Assembly (NCBI RefSeq): GCF_963506605.1
Contig: NC_083276.1
Location: forward strand, 47,740,001 to 47,804,000
DNA from: Zootoca vivipara
Taxonomy: Eukaryota
Direction of reading: 5' to 3'
Length of the DNA stretch: 64,000 nt
A model generated the notes under the pieces. That model saw only the letters and a program-made list of their open reading frames with translations. It did not search any database and had not been told where the DNA came from. Made by a program: the position numbers and the translations under genes. This document shows, in pieces, positions 23,566 to 35,978 of the stretch. Within the stretch, counting starts at the first letter, position 1. The number at the start of each line of letters is the position of its first letter.

Positions 23566-25194
23566 GGTTATGCTGACTGGGGCTGAAAGAAACTGGAGTC
23601 TCACAAGATCTGGGGGGCAGCCGATTCCCCATCCTTGCTATATGACTTCAGAGAAAACACACAGAATTCTCTCTGGCTACATTTGGGATCTCGGCAAAAT
23701 GAAAGGTTGGATGCACAGAAAACAGTAATTTTCAAAACTGAATGGGAGGGTTTCATATTATAGTGTTTGAAAATATATGCTCAGGCTTGAACCGGCAGCC
23801 AAACGCAGCAACTCTGCACATCATCTTTCCTGCTGGTTGTGACGGTTGAGTTTTATTATATAAAGTTGTTTTCCACAAACAACCAAATCCATAGGCCAAA
23901 TTTAGGCTAAGTCTCTGGTGCTTTTGAAATTATTAACATTTAAAGGCATACTATAAGTGGCTCATCACTGTTTATTTTCTTTAAAAAAACTTTTTTGCAA
24001 TTTTACAGCTACAGAATAAATAAACAAATTGGAAATACAAACAAATCATAGAAAAGATCATACAAAAAATAAAATATGGAAGATCATTAAAACATATCCC
24101 AAATATGACTTTTAAATCATTACCTTCTGTGAAACATCAGTGTGTCAGAGCTTCTTAAGTGTTTCACAGGACATTTTTATTTTAAAAAAGAAAAGAAAAT
24201 ACTATATTTGGCATGCAGTTCAAACTGCAGCAATTACCCATCTTGAGACATCTAGCTTCATTATCCTCTACAGAAATTAATTTCCCACATGTAAAACACA
24301 ACATTAAAAATATTGGACCTGCCATTTCCCCCTTTCCTCTCCCTTCTGGCAGAAGGCACTTCTGATTGTAAGAGGCGAATTGTTCTCAGGAACTTAAACT
24401 GGGCAGTGGGCTCTATACATGAACTTTCATATGGTCATACACAAATAGGCCAGCTTAGAAAGGTATAATATTCTATAAAAAAAACCAGAACTGAAGCTTA
24501 AAACCATCTAAAAGCTGGCAATGAAATTATATTGGTGTAAATCAGTAACACTATGGGAGGAATTCAATGTTGTGCAATGATGAACCTTCCGTTTGTACAA
24601 GTATTTCATCTTGACAGGCAGAACAGTTTCCCCTGCTCTTCTGACCCTGCATGCTATTCTGGGTGTTCTCTTGACACCCCCCCCCTCTAGGCAACTTCAG
24701 GGGGAATGGGAGGAGGAAAGGGGAGAAAGACCCATTGCACAAGTGGGGATCCTTATGCAGGGCTTCTGCTGATGGGGCTTGTTAGGCAAATCCCACCCTA
24801 TCCCGATAACCTTCTGGGCTGCGAAGATAAACGGAAACAGATGGCAGAGGTCCAATTCAATTTCCAAGCTTGATGTCCCCATTCTAGGTTTGTCCAACTC
24901 TGTGTCATGTGATTTAGCTTCACTCAGATGACTGTACCTGGTTGAATATTCAGAATTCCCAGAATGATTCTAGGAAAATGATGCATAAGTATTGTGGACC
25001 ACATACAGGAGCGGACTTTTTAAAAATCTGAAGGTACAAGTCTTCAGATAAGGAAAGTGCGGTAAAGGCCCAAGTAGATTTGTTGGATGCAGCCTAAATA
25101 ACTCACTCATGCACCTCAAAAACCAACTATTATATTACCCCCAAAGCAACAATCCAAGTCAATGGTTTTGTCCACATCAGAAATTTGCAAAAGT

Positions 25195-25322
25195 CTATGT
25201 TAGCTGTTTGATGGCTTCAATCCAGCTTGCCCTCTCTGCCTTGGAACTGGCCTGCATAAAGTAGTGAATGTCATTCTTTGTTATGATTTTGAAGAGGTTG
25301 CCCTGCACATTCCCTTTCACTC
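25195..25322 (-). CDS. PLEK2: Pleckstrin-2 last exon incl. TAG
   Basis: VKGNVQGNLFKIITKNDIHYFMQASSKAERASWIEAIKQLT*. Confidence 0.96.
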
Positions 25323-25476
25323 CTGCAACAAAAAGGAAAGGGCAAAGACTGTTAGCAAGGTTCAGGGACAGGGACAGTACAACTACTGCAGTAATAGCAA
25401 AATCTCACAAGGGAGAGGGTTTGAATATGATAACGCAGTCTTGCTTTTGTTGATAAGAGAGTGTGTTCTTTTTTGG

Positions 25477-25770
25477 CAATCACTCGGAGCCGAATAAGAT
25501 TGTCTTCCATTAACACGGTTTTAACAGTGAGTCCGTAAGTGACTGTGGAGGCCAATTCTGGATCCACAGGTCCTTCCACAGTGAGGACATAGGTTTCCGT
25601 GTGGGCGCTGATCACGGTGAGGGTTTGCCACGTGTGCCTTCCTCATAGCACATTTCTCCCTTTTGTCCTGAGTTTGAGCATCTTCAAAGCCTATGACACC
25701 TTTGTTAAAGGCTGCCCTCCAATTTGAGTGCTTGCAGGCTAGTGTTTCCCAGTTGTCAGTGTTTATACTA
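25477..25770 (-). mobile_element. RTE-clade LINE 3' fragment
   Basis: - strand encodes CPHCGRTCGSRIGLHSHLRTHC* (RTE C-terminal motif); second copy at 57327-57620. Confidence 0.8.
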
Positions 25771-25818
25771 CATTTTATACTACAATTTTAAAGATTTGCC
25801 TACTGCACTGATACAAAT

Positions 25819-26483
25819 ACAATACTAATATATCATATTCTGTAATCACCTTAACATGAGACACACATAATGCCCAAATCAGTCACATAATATAAAAGTC
25901 TTATAAAGTATATTAAAGTCCAAACCATATATATTGAATATTAGGCCCAAAATAAATCAGTCCAAACGAGAGAAGTAACAACTCCATGAAGTAATAAAAA
26001 GTCCTATGGGACCTACATTATTTAAGGACAATAAGGAATTTGTTGAAAAATGGGTGTCCATTCTGAACAAATGTTCATGTGACCTTATGCTTTTGATTAT
26101 AGAACAATCGGCTCATGATTAAGACAAGATCAATGCTGAGTTAATGGATTTAAAATAACCTTCTCTGTTTTTACTACTTCATGGAGTTGTTACTTCTCTC
26201 GTTTGGACTGATACTGAACTCCATGTAATATCAACAGTCTATGATTTGTTACCTCATGGAATTGTCATATCCTATGTTTGGATGGTACTGGACTCTATGA
26301 ACCTTACATGTACTATGGACTTTTGCGTTTGGCTGTACCATCGTCTATGTATTGATTTATTTTGGGCCTAATATTCAATATATATGGTTTGGACTTTAAA
26401 AAAACTTTATAAGACTTTTATATTATGTGACTGATTTGGGTGTTATGTTAAGGTGATTACAGAATATGATATATTCGTATTGT
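25819..26483. repeat. Long inverted repeat (fold-back)
   Basis: 25819-26000 is the reverse complement of 26168-26483 apart from a ~144-bp block present only in the right arm. Confidence 0.9.
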
Positions 26484-27278
26484 GATAATCAGCCGGTTAC
26501 GTTTAGTGTGGTGTGAAAATATTGTGGACGTAGCCCAGGTTCATTGTTGTGCACTGATATAAATACAGGCTTGGATCTGGTGTGCTAGCGGAAGCTAGTG
26601 CAAGGGCTCCCGCTAAAAAAAGTGGGTTTCTTCCCCCTCTTGTCTGCCTGAGCACCCACACACCTTGTCCAAATCCACTTTGGAGGGTTGGGAGAATTTC
26701 TAGAACAGCAGAAAGGGCATACCACTTCATCTGGAAAGCAGAAATGCTTGCACAAGAGTGTGAAGTATGATGCGATGTTGAATTATTCTCTTTATCTTTA
26801 CATGACCTCCCACCCACCCAAGTGCCATGAAAGGCCAAAAAAGCAACACTTGTTTTCTCCATGCTATACTGTCCTTAATCTGGCAACATGGCTGCTTGAG
26901 CTATTTATAATCAAGAGAGCCATTCCTATTGTCACAGTTGCCCCTTTTCAAGGCACCCTAGTTGGTGCTAAGACTGGAGAAGGGGCAAACAGGGCCTGGC
27001 CACCTGGCCTTTATGACAATTTCCTAAACTACTGTTTTTGGAAACCTACAGGGGAGGTGTGATTTGGCTAAATTAGGAGGGTGTGGAATTTGTGGATTTC
27101 ATTATGCCCACTACCATTACCACTTAATCTCCCATAACTGGGAGCCCAAGCCCTAATATCTGAAATGGCTTCAGCTTTCCCAGTGTAAGCAGCTGGTTCA
27201 TACTAAGCTTTATTCATAAACAAGAAAGGAACACGTGAAGAGCTCCACAACCGAAGGAACTGTTACGTTCATACTTGC

Positions 27279-27357
27279 CTGTTGGGACTCCATTATCTTC
27301 CAATGCTGAGACAAGGCAACCACGGAGAGAGAATCCCCCAACTGGTCGGTTATCTTC
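27279..27357 (-). CDS. PLEK2: Pleckstrin-2 exon 8 (79 nt), GC donor
   Basis: EDNRPVGGFSLRGCLVSALEDNGVPT; donor CAG|GCAAGT. Confidence 0.94.
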
Positions 27358-28326
27358 CTATGGTGGGTAGAAAGAGTCCAAAGGGAGAAGTAAGGAATAT
27401 GAATTATATGTTCTATGCAACACATTTCACTTTGGCAAGACATGCAGTAGTTGGCCACATCAGCACAACATGAAACTTGTCCCAGCCTGTTCCTCTTTAG
27501 GAATAGGCCTCTGCAATTCTTTTCCAGCAGTGTTGGGCTCACTGGAGGTTCTAGGTGTTAATTATGTACAGAGGTAGTATCTTAATTTTAAAAAATTATA
27601 CATGTCTTCCTCCAAAGTGTTTTAATAACAGAGTTGAATTCTAAAGACAAGGGGGAAATTATAGGAACCTAGGAAGCTGTCTTATATTGCATCAGACAGT
27701 TTTTGCCCATCTATTATTAATTATTATTAATTGATTCCATTGATGAATTGCCTTAATAAAAACATTATCTAGGCAACATACACAGCAAGATCAACAAAAC
27801 CAACGCATATTATATAATTCAATGAAATCATAAATAAATTGTGATAAAATCAACCCAGCAGTGTCATAAATCCAATCTAGATCGACACAGGTTGTGAATT
27901 ATACCTTTGAAGCAGATTCTTTGCCTCAAATAATTATGGGCACTGTAGTTTCTTAAGGGTTGCTGGAAATTATAAATCTGCGAGGAGTAAACTGCAGTGC
28001 CCAAAATTCTTTGATGGAAATAATGTGCTCTGAATGTGCTTTAAATATTTGGTGTGCGCACAGCCACAGACCAAACTCCAGCAACCAACCCAATTAGCAT
28101 AACAACAAAACACAGCGCCATGTGTGCCGCCTTGCCCCTGCAACTGAGAGAGCCGGGGCACAACATGCACCCCCCCCCAAAAAAAATGCCATATTTGTTG
28201 AGCACAATAGGTTTAGTTTCAGCCTCACAGGAGTCTAACCTAAGCACAAAAAATTCAGATCTATTTTACCAAAAAGTTACACACAAGACATGAGGTAGTT
28301 TATGTATTGGGAGTCCACCATCTCAC

Positions 28327-28410
28327 CTTTGTGGGGTCATAATAGTGTAGGAAAGCAGGGTCAGCCCTCAGGACAAAGCGCCTCACCTTCCAGTTTTTCC
28401 TCTTGTGTCC
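28327..28410 (-). CDS. PLEK2: Pleckstrin-2 exon 7 (C-terminal PH domain)
   Basis: GHKRKNWKVRRFVLRADPAFLHYYDPTK. Confidence 0.96.
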
Positions 28411-29671
28411 CTAAAAGTTGAAAAGATTAATAGATTCCATTTCACCTTCCGTTTCTCAGTTTGTCCTTCTGAAATGGCCTGTAGATCTGCATACACTGAG
28501 ACGTTTCTCATTATCTGTTTTACCACATTTTATCTTCACAACAGCCCTGTGAAACAGGTTTAGCCGAGAGGAATATTGTCATAGCCAAGCAAGTTAGGCA
28601 AAGAAACATTTTCAGAAGCAGAATTGAAGTCATTGTGCATTTTGCCAAGTCACTACATCAACTTCCTTTCCTAGCTCAAATAGAGACAGACGTATCTGAA
28701 TAGCAACTGTAGGCTAGATTCGAATGCTTGTCTTTGAGAACCAAATTTGCTTCAGAATCAGAATATAATAATGTACACAGTTGGACCGCTGTTTCATAGA
28801 AGAGAAGATCTGGTTTTAGTGCAAATTATTTTGGAATTCTGCTAAGAATGAAATTCAAAAGGATCACTTGGCACACAAATCCTTGCGGGGGTTTCTGACC
28901 TCACTATTCACCAAGGCACTTCACAATGGTCTCTTAATTCCATTTTAACTTTCAGTGCACCAAAGTGTGTGGGGAACAACCCGATTTACAAAACTATTTG
29001 AAATCAGTATAGATAGTTCTGTGTCCGGGGGGGGGGGGGAGGAATCAAAGGCTTTCCTGGTCAGAAAATTGTTTTTGCCAATTATGATTTGAACAGCATT
29101 TCTTAAGTCACACAAAAAGCTAAAGCATACATTCAGAAATATCACAAGGTCCAGTGCTTTTTGTGTTGTACCACATCAGGTGAAAGATTGTGTTTCTCAA
29201 TTATTCTCTACCTCAAACATTATTTGCTAAAGGAAAGGTAGCATTTCTGCAAGAAGGATTCCAGTTAGTTTTCTAAAGGCAAATATATTTCCTACTGAAG
29301 TATTAGGCATAGAACACCACATTTTCTTTCTATACATTTGGTCCTATGTGCACTCTTTTGCAACACTGTTCATGTGATTGTGATCTTTGGGTTGCATTCA
29401 ACAGTACGTCAGCAAACCTCCCCCTCTCCTCTCCTTATGTGCCCTCCTCAAATCTGCTCCAGAGCCTCCCCCAATGCACTGGAGCAGTTTTTGAGGGTGG
29501 GCATGAGCAGAAGAGGCGAGAGAAGTCCCATTGTACAAGCAGATACAACCCATATTGTTTAATTTGATTACCCAACTTTCTTCTTTAAAAAGAGCTTAAG
29601 AATATACTAAATACAGCATGGCCCAGCCTCTCATTCTCCACTTGCCAACATGATTCAGAAGTCATGGTCAC

Positions 29672-29773
29672 CTGTTTTATTAAAAATCCTTGTTTTAAAA
29701 TGGTGCCACTCAGTTCAATAATGTTAAGATGAATATTTTCTTTGGAGGTGGTTCTCTTCTTATAGTTTTCCGC
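29672..29773 (-). CDS. PLEK2: Pleckstrin-2 exon 6
   Basis: AENYKKRTTSKENIHLNIIELSGTILKQGFLIKQ. Confidence 0.95.
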
Positions 29774-30433
29774 CTGCAATAAAAATTAAAGATATTGGGG
29801 AAATTGGGGTAGCAAAACTAGTACAAAATATAGAAGCCTTCCTTTCCTCCTTTCACATGGAACTTTCATTCCTCAGTCTTAGAAACTTCCATCTTCAAAG
29901 CGGGTTTGTTTGTTTTTTGCCAGACACGATAAACAGCAGGGCTGGTCTCAGCACCCAGTCTCCTCGGGCAGTTGCCAGGACCCCAGTGCTCTTAAAGGGC
30001 CCACCACTACTGATGTCACCCCTAGACAGGTGGCTCACAGCCACCCATTGCAGGTCTTAGCACTGCTGCCACCACTCCCAGCAAATAACGCTGCTGGAGA
30101 GGCCCAGGGGGCCTTTTGCTGCCTCCTCACTAGTAAACAGACGCAGAAGCGCATAAATTAAGGTTCATTATGGCAGGTACAAAGAGCTGTTCCCAGATAA
30201 ACGCCAAACTGTTCCTGTTGAATGTCCACACCCAACCCAAAGTCCAACTACTGTATTAGTCAGATATAACTTGGAAAGCATTAGAAAGATTTTCCCCAAG
30301 TTATCTTTTGGCCTGATTTGCATTTGCCTGCAAATCTTTCCTATCAGTCTCCCCAATGCATATGCAGACTGCCCCCGTTTTTTTTATTGTCCTCATATGC
30401 AGAAAGGAGAATTCCAGAAATCCCATCACTTAC

Positions 30434-30621
30434 AAATGTGTACAGAGCTGTAGAGTCGTCCAAAAACTGCTCTGTCAAATCGCCATTCCTCATGGCTTCA
30501 ACACTGCGGGCTCCCACAGGCTTAATGACATTTTCATCCACCAGCACAGAGGCCAGGGGGACAGCCTCTAGACGGGAGGCTGCAAAACTATTGGAAATCA
30601 GCCAGTCAACCAGAATAGAGC
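30434..30621 (-). CDS. PLEK2: Pleckstrin-2 exon 5 (DEP domain)
   Basis: SILVDWLISNSFAASRLEAV...EQFLDDSTALYTF. Confidence 0.96.
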
Positions 30622-31567
30622 CTGAAAAGAATAAAGGTGGCTGTTAAGGTGAGCAAAAACTGCATGCAGCCAGTCAATTCCCAAGGAAGGTAGAGGTTTT
30701 CAGTACTCGTCCTCTAATAGAGAAACGAGACTTAAATTGTAATATATCCAGACTGAAGAGCATACATTTGCATGCACGTTTTCATAAACTTGGCAGGTAG
30801 GACTGTCTTTCTGGATAACCTTATTCTCATTCTCAAGGCATTTTGCAGGCAAAGGGGACCTTTTCAACTCTACATTTATATGATTCTGTGAAGCACACAC
30901 ACACAATTCATAAATGATACCTAAAATTAGAGGTGTTTGGGCTCCAGACTGCTGTATTTTTCCCTTGCATTTTAATCTTTCCTTTCTTTAAGGAGCATAG
31001 TACAGTGTAGATGGGTCTCCCTCTTTCCTTTCATTTCATCCTCATCACAGCCCAGGGAGGTAGATAGGCTGAGAGGCCATGATTGGCTCAAAGTCACCCA
31101 GTGAACTTCACGGCCAAGTAGGGAATTGAACCCAAATCCCCTGGTCCTAAAGCAATTCATTAATTCAGGGGTAGCCAATGTGGTGTCCTCCAGTTGCAGT
31201 TGGATCAACTGCAGTCACCTCTAGACATTTGTTTAGCTGGCTGGGGCTGATGGAAGTTGTAGTTGAACACCATATGAAGGGCACCATGTTAGCCACCCAC
31301 CCCACACTCCAAACACTACCCAAATACTAGGTTTGGAAGCCACTCCCACTAATGTGAAAGTAGGCTACCTCCATCTAATCACCAGCATGTGAGGTCTGGC
31401 TGTAGCTACTAGTGGGAGAGAAATCACTGAAGATGTGCTCTTATTGTTCATGTCCCAGGGCTGTGGCCTAATAATGAAAACAAGGTTCTGAAGCTGCACC
31501 ATGGTGGGCCCTGGGAGAAAACAACATTCCTTTGCATCAGATTATATTGAAGTACTAGGAGGTTAAA

Positions 31568-31932
31568 GGGACCCAGGTGGCGCTGTGGGTTAAACCACAG
31601 AGTCTAGGGCTTGCTGATCAGAAGGTCAGCAGGTTCGAATCCCTGTGACGGGGTGAGCTCCCGTTGCTCGGTCCCAGCTCCTGCCCACCTAGCAGTTCGA
31701 AAGCACATCAAAGTGCAAGTAGATAAATAGGGACCGCTCCGGTGGGAAGGTAAACGGCGTTTCCGTGCGCTGCTCTGGTTCGCCAGAAGCAGCTTTGTCA
31801 TGCTGGCCACATGACTTGGAAGCTGTCTGCGGACAAACGCCGGCTCCCTCGGCCTATAGAGCGAGATGAGCGCGCAACCCCAGAGTCGGACACGACTGGA
31901 CCGGATGGTCAGGGACCCTTTACCTTTAACTT
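31568..31932 (+). mobile_element. Sauria SINE, full length
   Basis: Head and tail as above; 13-bp TSD TACTAGGAGGTTA. Confidence 0.93.
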
Positions 31933-31965
31933 TACTAGGAGGTTAGTAACATGAGGTTTGCCTAC

Positions 31966-32057
31966 CTGTAAAACTTTCTTTATATGTGCTGCCTTGTTCT
32001 GTGTTGGGTGTGAGCTTAATTCCACTGCTGTTGTCATGCATTTTGTCCACAATGTGA
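31966..32057 (-). CDS. PLEK2: Pleckstrin-2 exon 4 (DEP domain start)
   Basis: HIVDKMHDNSSGIKLTPNTEQGSTYKESFT. Confidence 0.95.
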
Positions 32058-33104
32058 CTGGGGGGAAAAACCAGCCAAAGGGTTAGTGTTTAAGAAAATA
32101 GAGAATCCGGTTTTGTGAGGGGACTCAAATCCCTCTGTCTCAATTCATACAGCCAATAAAGAGCACAGTTTTGATCCAAGGTACCTCAGGCATGAGTGGA
32201 AGGCAATTCCAGTTACACACAGGAGAGTACCATTGATATCTGTCCCTTCAGTCCTCTATCCTTGATTCAATCAAGTAGTGGCATAGAGGGGGGGCATGGG
32301 GCCATTGCCCTGGATGCACAATTGGGGGTGGTGGGCGAACTAGGCTGGGAAATGTTGGGGGTGATCTTCAATCTCCACATGTCTCTCCCTCGCCTGACAT
32401 GTAAGTGCCTGCCCAGTAGTGGTGGCAAGGGCCAGATGAGCGCACTCTACACCCGCCCCGTGTGCTGGCAAACAGCGCTATGCCCTTGCTTGACTGCATC
32501 TCATTCTACGTTGCTGTCAAGTAAGCTCAGTCTTGGGATTTATAGTCCAGTGGGGCCCCTCTTTAGATGGTAAGGCATATTACTTCACTTCAAAATGCGG
32601 TAAAGCAGCCTTGCTGCATTTGGGGGTTCCCCTGGTCATTCTATGTGGGGCTCTGAGCTTCTGCCCTAAAGTCCTGCCCTGATGGCACCACTGTCCAGAG
32701 AGTCCCCTGACCCTCAGGTCTATAAAAACATAAGAGCAGCCCTGCAGAATCAGACCAAATGTCAACCTAGTCCAGCATTTATTGTCTTGCAGTTGCCAAG
32801 CAGAAGGCCATGGGGAGACCACAAACTTTTCCTCCTTAACAAACCATGAGTGGTTAGCCAAAACAAACCTTGGCTACAACTTATGGTTTGTCCGAATTGA
32901 GACAAAACACAATCTTGGATTCTAACAATGGCTTAGCTTCAGGTAGCACAGCATCAGAATTGGGGGAGAAGTGAAGCAGCCATGACATTTGCTATGAGCA
33001 TGTTCGCATTTAGCCAGTGTCTGGCTTAGTGTTATGTACAAACCGGGCTACACCCCCCCACACAAATTGCAGGAAAGCAGATGGAGGCATTATTTAACAC
33101 TTAC

Positions 33105-33286
33105 TTCAGGCTGATATTTGAGGGGAGTTTGAATGAATTTTTCATGCGGTGAAGTTGCTGGACTTGCACTGGGTTGCCAGCATGAATAGCACCAGTTATA
33201 TCCAACGCCCAGGCATCACGCTCTTCCCGAGAGCAGAAATCGAGGAAATACTCTGTGTTTGTTTTTGTCTTCAGTTTAATGACCAA
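33105..33286 (-). CDS. PLEK2: Pleckstrin-2 exon 3
   Basis: LVIKLKTKTNTEYFLDFCSREERDAWALDITGAIHAG... Confidence 0.96.
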
Positions 33287-33472
33287 CTACAAATAAACCC
33301 ACAAAAAACAACATTACATTATTTGCTAGAAATTATCAGCGCATCACTCAGAAATACTTACTGAAATTTGAGAGACCTTGAACAGCTTTACCTTTCTGGT
33401 CATAAACAGATGTGATCAAACATTTTCACAGGTAAAACTACATGATAAATCTACCTGTGTTTTATTTATCAC

Positions 33473-33536
<64 letters not shown>
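33473..33536. repeat. (ATCT)n microsatellite
   Basis: Seen directly. Confidence 0.97.
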
Positions 33537-33538
<2 letters not shown>

Positions 33539-33886
33539 TTCCTGGAAATTAAGGATATGTGTGGGTTTCAGGTGTGCTGCTTTGATGTTTGAGTACTATA
33601 ATATGTTCAATTCTTAAAAATACAGTATGAGATATCTATCACTTGCCTTCCCTAGCTAAACTAGAGAAAATGTGTAAGATTTGTGATAGGATCTCACAAC
33701 ATTTTTCCAGAGCTTAGAAGTAGCCATTTTCAACACTGCTCTTCACCCCTAGCTAGAGGGAAAATGTCTAGCTAATATGACCCACAAGTTCCTGGTACCA
33801 GCACTGCCCCCTTCTAATATGTTCCATTTTCTAGAGCCAACACAGCAACAGTAATTTATACCAAATGGGAAGAGAATTGGACATAC

Positions 33887-34048
33887 CGGCCTGTTATACT
33901 CCAAACATGGACAAGTCATTGTGCAGCCATCCAAAATAATCCTGCCTTTTGGAGAAGACTCTTTCTTTCCTCCCACAACTTTATAATAGAGCAGTCTGTC
34001 CTGGAGAAGAACAAACCATCTTGCTTTCCAGTTGTGGACAACATGTCC
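33887..34048 (-). CDS. PLEK2: Pleckstrin-2 exon 2 (N-terminal PH domain)
   Basis: GHVVHNWKARWFVL...KGRIILDGCTMTCPCLEYNRP. Confidence 0.96.
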
Positions 34049-34516
34049 CTGCAAACAAAAAGTGTCTATCGTAGGTGCAGCTTATAAGCAACATTTATTA
34101 TTACCTGCTTTGGTTTTGCATAGCCATGAACTTATTAGTCATTGCACTCAATTGATTTATATAGCCTCTAATGTGCTCTCATCTGGTAGGACTTTAAACA
34201 GAGTTCTTACTTTCTTTCCACATATCCAAGGTTTCCCCAAATGTATTTTAGTAATTCCACATGTGAGCTTTTTGCAACGATAGCAGTTTTCCAGGCAGTC
34301 GTTACAGGTATGAGCACAATAACCTGGTGCCAGTACTGAGTACCCTTAATATAATAGCACTAACTACTATTATACAGTGGGAAAGATTCACCCCAACTAA
34401 TCCATGGCAGAAATGAAATAGATTTGTCTCACTCAGATCCAAATTCAGTTTTACAGTCACTAGACATGAGTGGCTCTCAAAAGGTCCTACCCTACCATGC
34501 AGCAAGGTAGGGCAAT

Positions 34517-35171
34517 TGTTGTTGTTGTTTAGTCGTTTAGTTGTGTCCGACTCTTCGTGACCCCATGGACCATAGCACGCCAGGCACTCCTGTAATCCAC
34601 TGCCTCCCGCACAGGGCCGGCCCTACATGCAGGCTGGGTGGCGCAGGGCACCACGGCGCCGGCCCGTCAGGAGGGCGCCGCGAGCTGCGCCCACCCGCTG
34701 GCCGGCCGGTCCGCCGCGCAGCTGCGCCCACGGCAGCCGTGCTGCGCCTGCCCGCCCACCACGCTGCGCCTACCCGCCCGCCCGCCGCGCAGCAGTGCCT
34801 GTGGCAGCCGCGTGGCGCCCACCGCGCTGGGAAATGGGGCGGGAGGGCGCCAGAAGGATTCGGCGCACCACGGCGCCAGGGGCGCTTAAGACGGCACTGC
34901 TCCCGCAGTTTGGTCAAACTCATGTTCGTAGCTTCGAGAACACTGTCCAACCATCTCGTCCTCTGTCGTCCCCTTCTCCTTGTGCCCTCAATCTTTCCCA
35001 ACATCAGGGTTTTTTCCAGGGAGTCTTCTCTTCTCATGAGGTGGCCAAAGTATTGGAGCCTCAGCTTCACGATCTGTCCTTCCAGGGAGCACTCAGGGCT
35101 GATTTCCTTAAGAATGGATAGGTTTGATCTTCTGGCAGTCCATGGGACTCTCAAGAGTCTCCTCCAGCACC
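34517..35171 (-). mobile_element. 5'-truncated BovB (RTE) LINE
   Basis: RVPWTARRSNLSILKEISPECSLEGQIVKLRLQYFGHLMRREDSLEKTLMLGKIEG; (CAA)n tail; 12-bp TSD AGGTAGGGCAAT. Confidence 0.93.
34612..34899. mobile_element. GC-rich hAT MITE nested in BovB
   Basis: CAGGGCCGGCC...GACGGCACTG imperfect TIRs; perfect 8-bp TSD CTCCCGCA. Confidence 0.85.
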
Positions 35172-35695
35172 AGGTAGGGCAATAGATATTTATTTATTTA
35201 TTGCAATAAATTTTGGGGGGGGGGAATCCAATACTTTTTGAAGTGGTGGGCCCTAGCATGGGGGAGGCATCATTTGGTACTCAGCCTCAGGCAGTGACAT
35301 GTTTTTGGTGTTACTCAGCTTTGACTTTTACAACAGAGAGGATTCAAACCATACATAGCACGGGGTGGGGTTCTAGCTTTAAAAACCCAGATTTCAGACA
35401 ATGCTCTCAAGTTCCATACAGCAGTTCTCATCTGTTTTTAGTTTACCCAACATATTGCTACCTCAACAACATGACATTTCACTGTTGGAAGCAGTTTGCC
35501 TCTGGATATCAGGTGTAGGGAAGCACAATGGATAGAGCTGTCCCACTTGCAGGTTTCTCCTAGGCATCTGGCTGGCCACTGTGAAAGCAGGATGTTGGAC
35601 TAGCTGGGCCTTTGGCCTGATCCAGGAGTTCTTTGCTTATGTTCTACACTCTACCCCCAAGCAGACGGCTCTGTCAGCCAACTGTAGTACTAGAG

Positions 35696-35978
35696 TCATA
35701 GAATCATAGAGTTGGAAGAGACCACAAGGGCCATCCAGTCCAACCCCATCCCCTGCCAAGCAGGAAACACCATCAAAGCATTCTTGACATATGCAATGTC
35801 AAGCCTCTGCTTAAAGACCTCCAAAGGAGGAGACTCCACCACACTTCTCGGTAGCAAATTCCACTGCCGAACAGCTCTTACTGCCAGGAAGTTCTTCCTA
35901 ATGTTTAGGTGGAATCTTCTTTCTTGTAGTTTGAATCCATTGCTCCGTGTCTGCTTCTCTGGAGCAGCAGAAAACACC
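35696..35978 (-). mobile_element. CR1 LINE 3' end
   Basis: TRSNGFKLQERRFHLNIRKNFL...WNLLPRSVVESP; (ATTCTATG) tail. Confidence 0.9.

Noticed and set aside
14300-24000. RAD51B expected head-to-head with ZFYVE26 as in human
   Set aside because: No RAD51B-like exons found by eye; the galectin-like gene occupies this position
34537-35185. 200+ aa overlapping ORFs
   Set aside because: A BovB fragment plus a GC-rich MITE lacking stop codons; not a host gene
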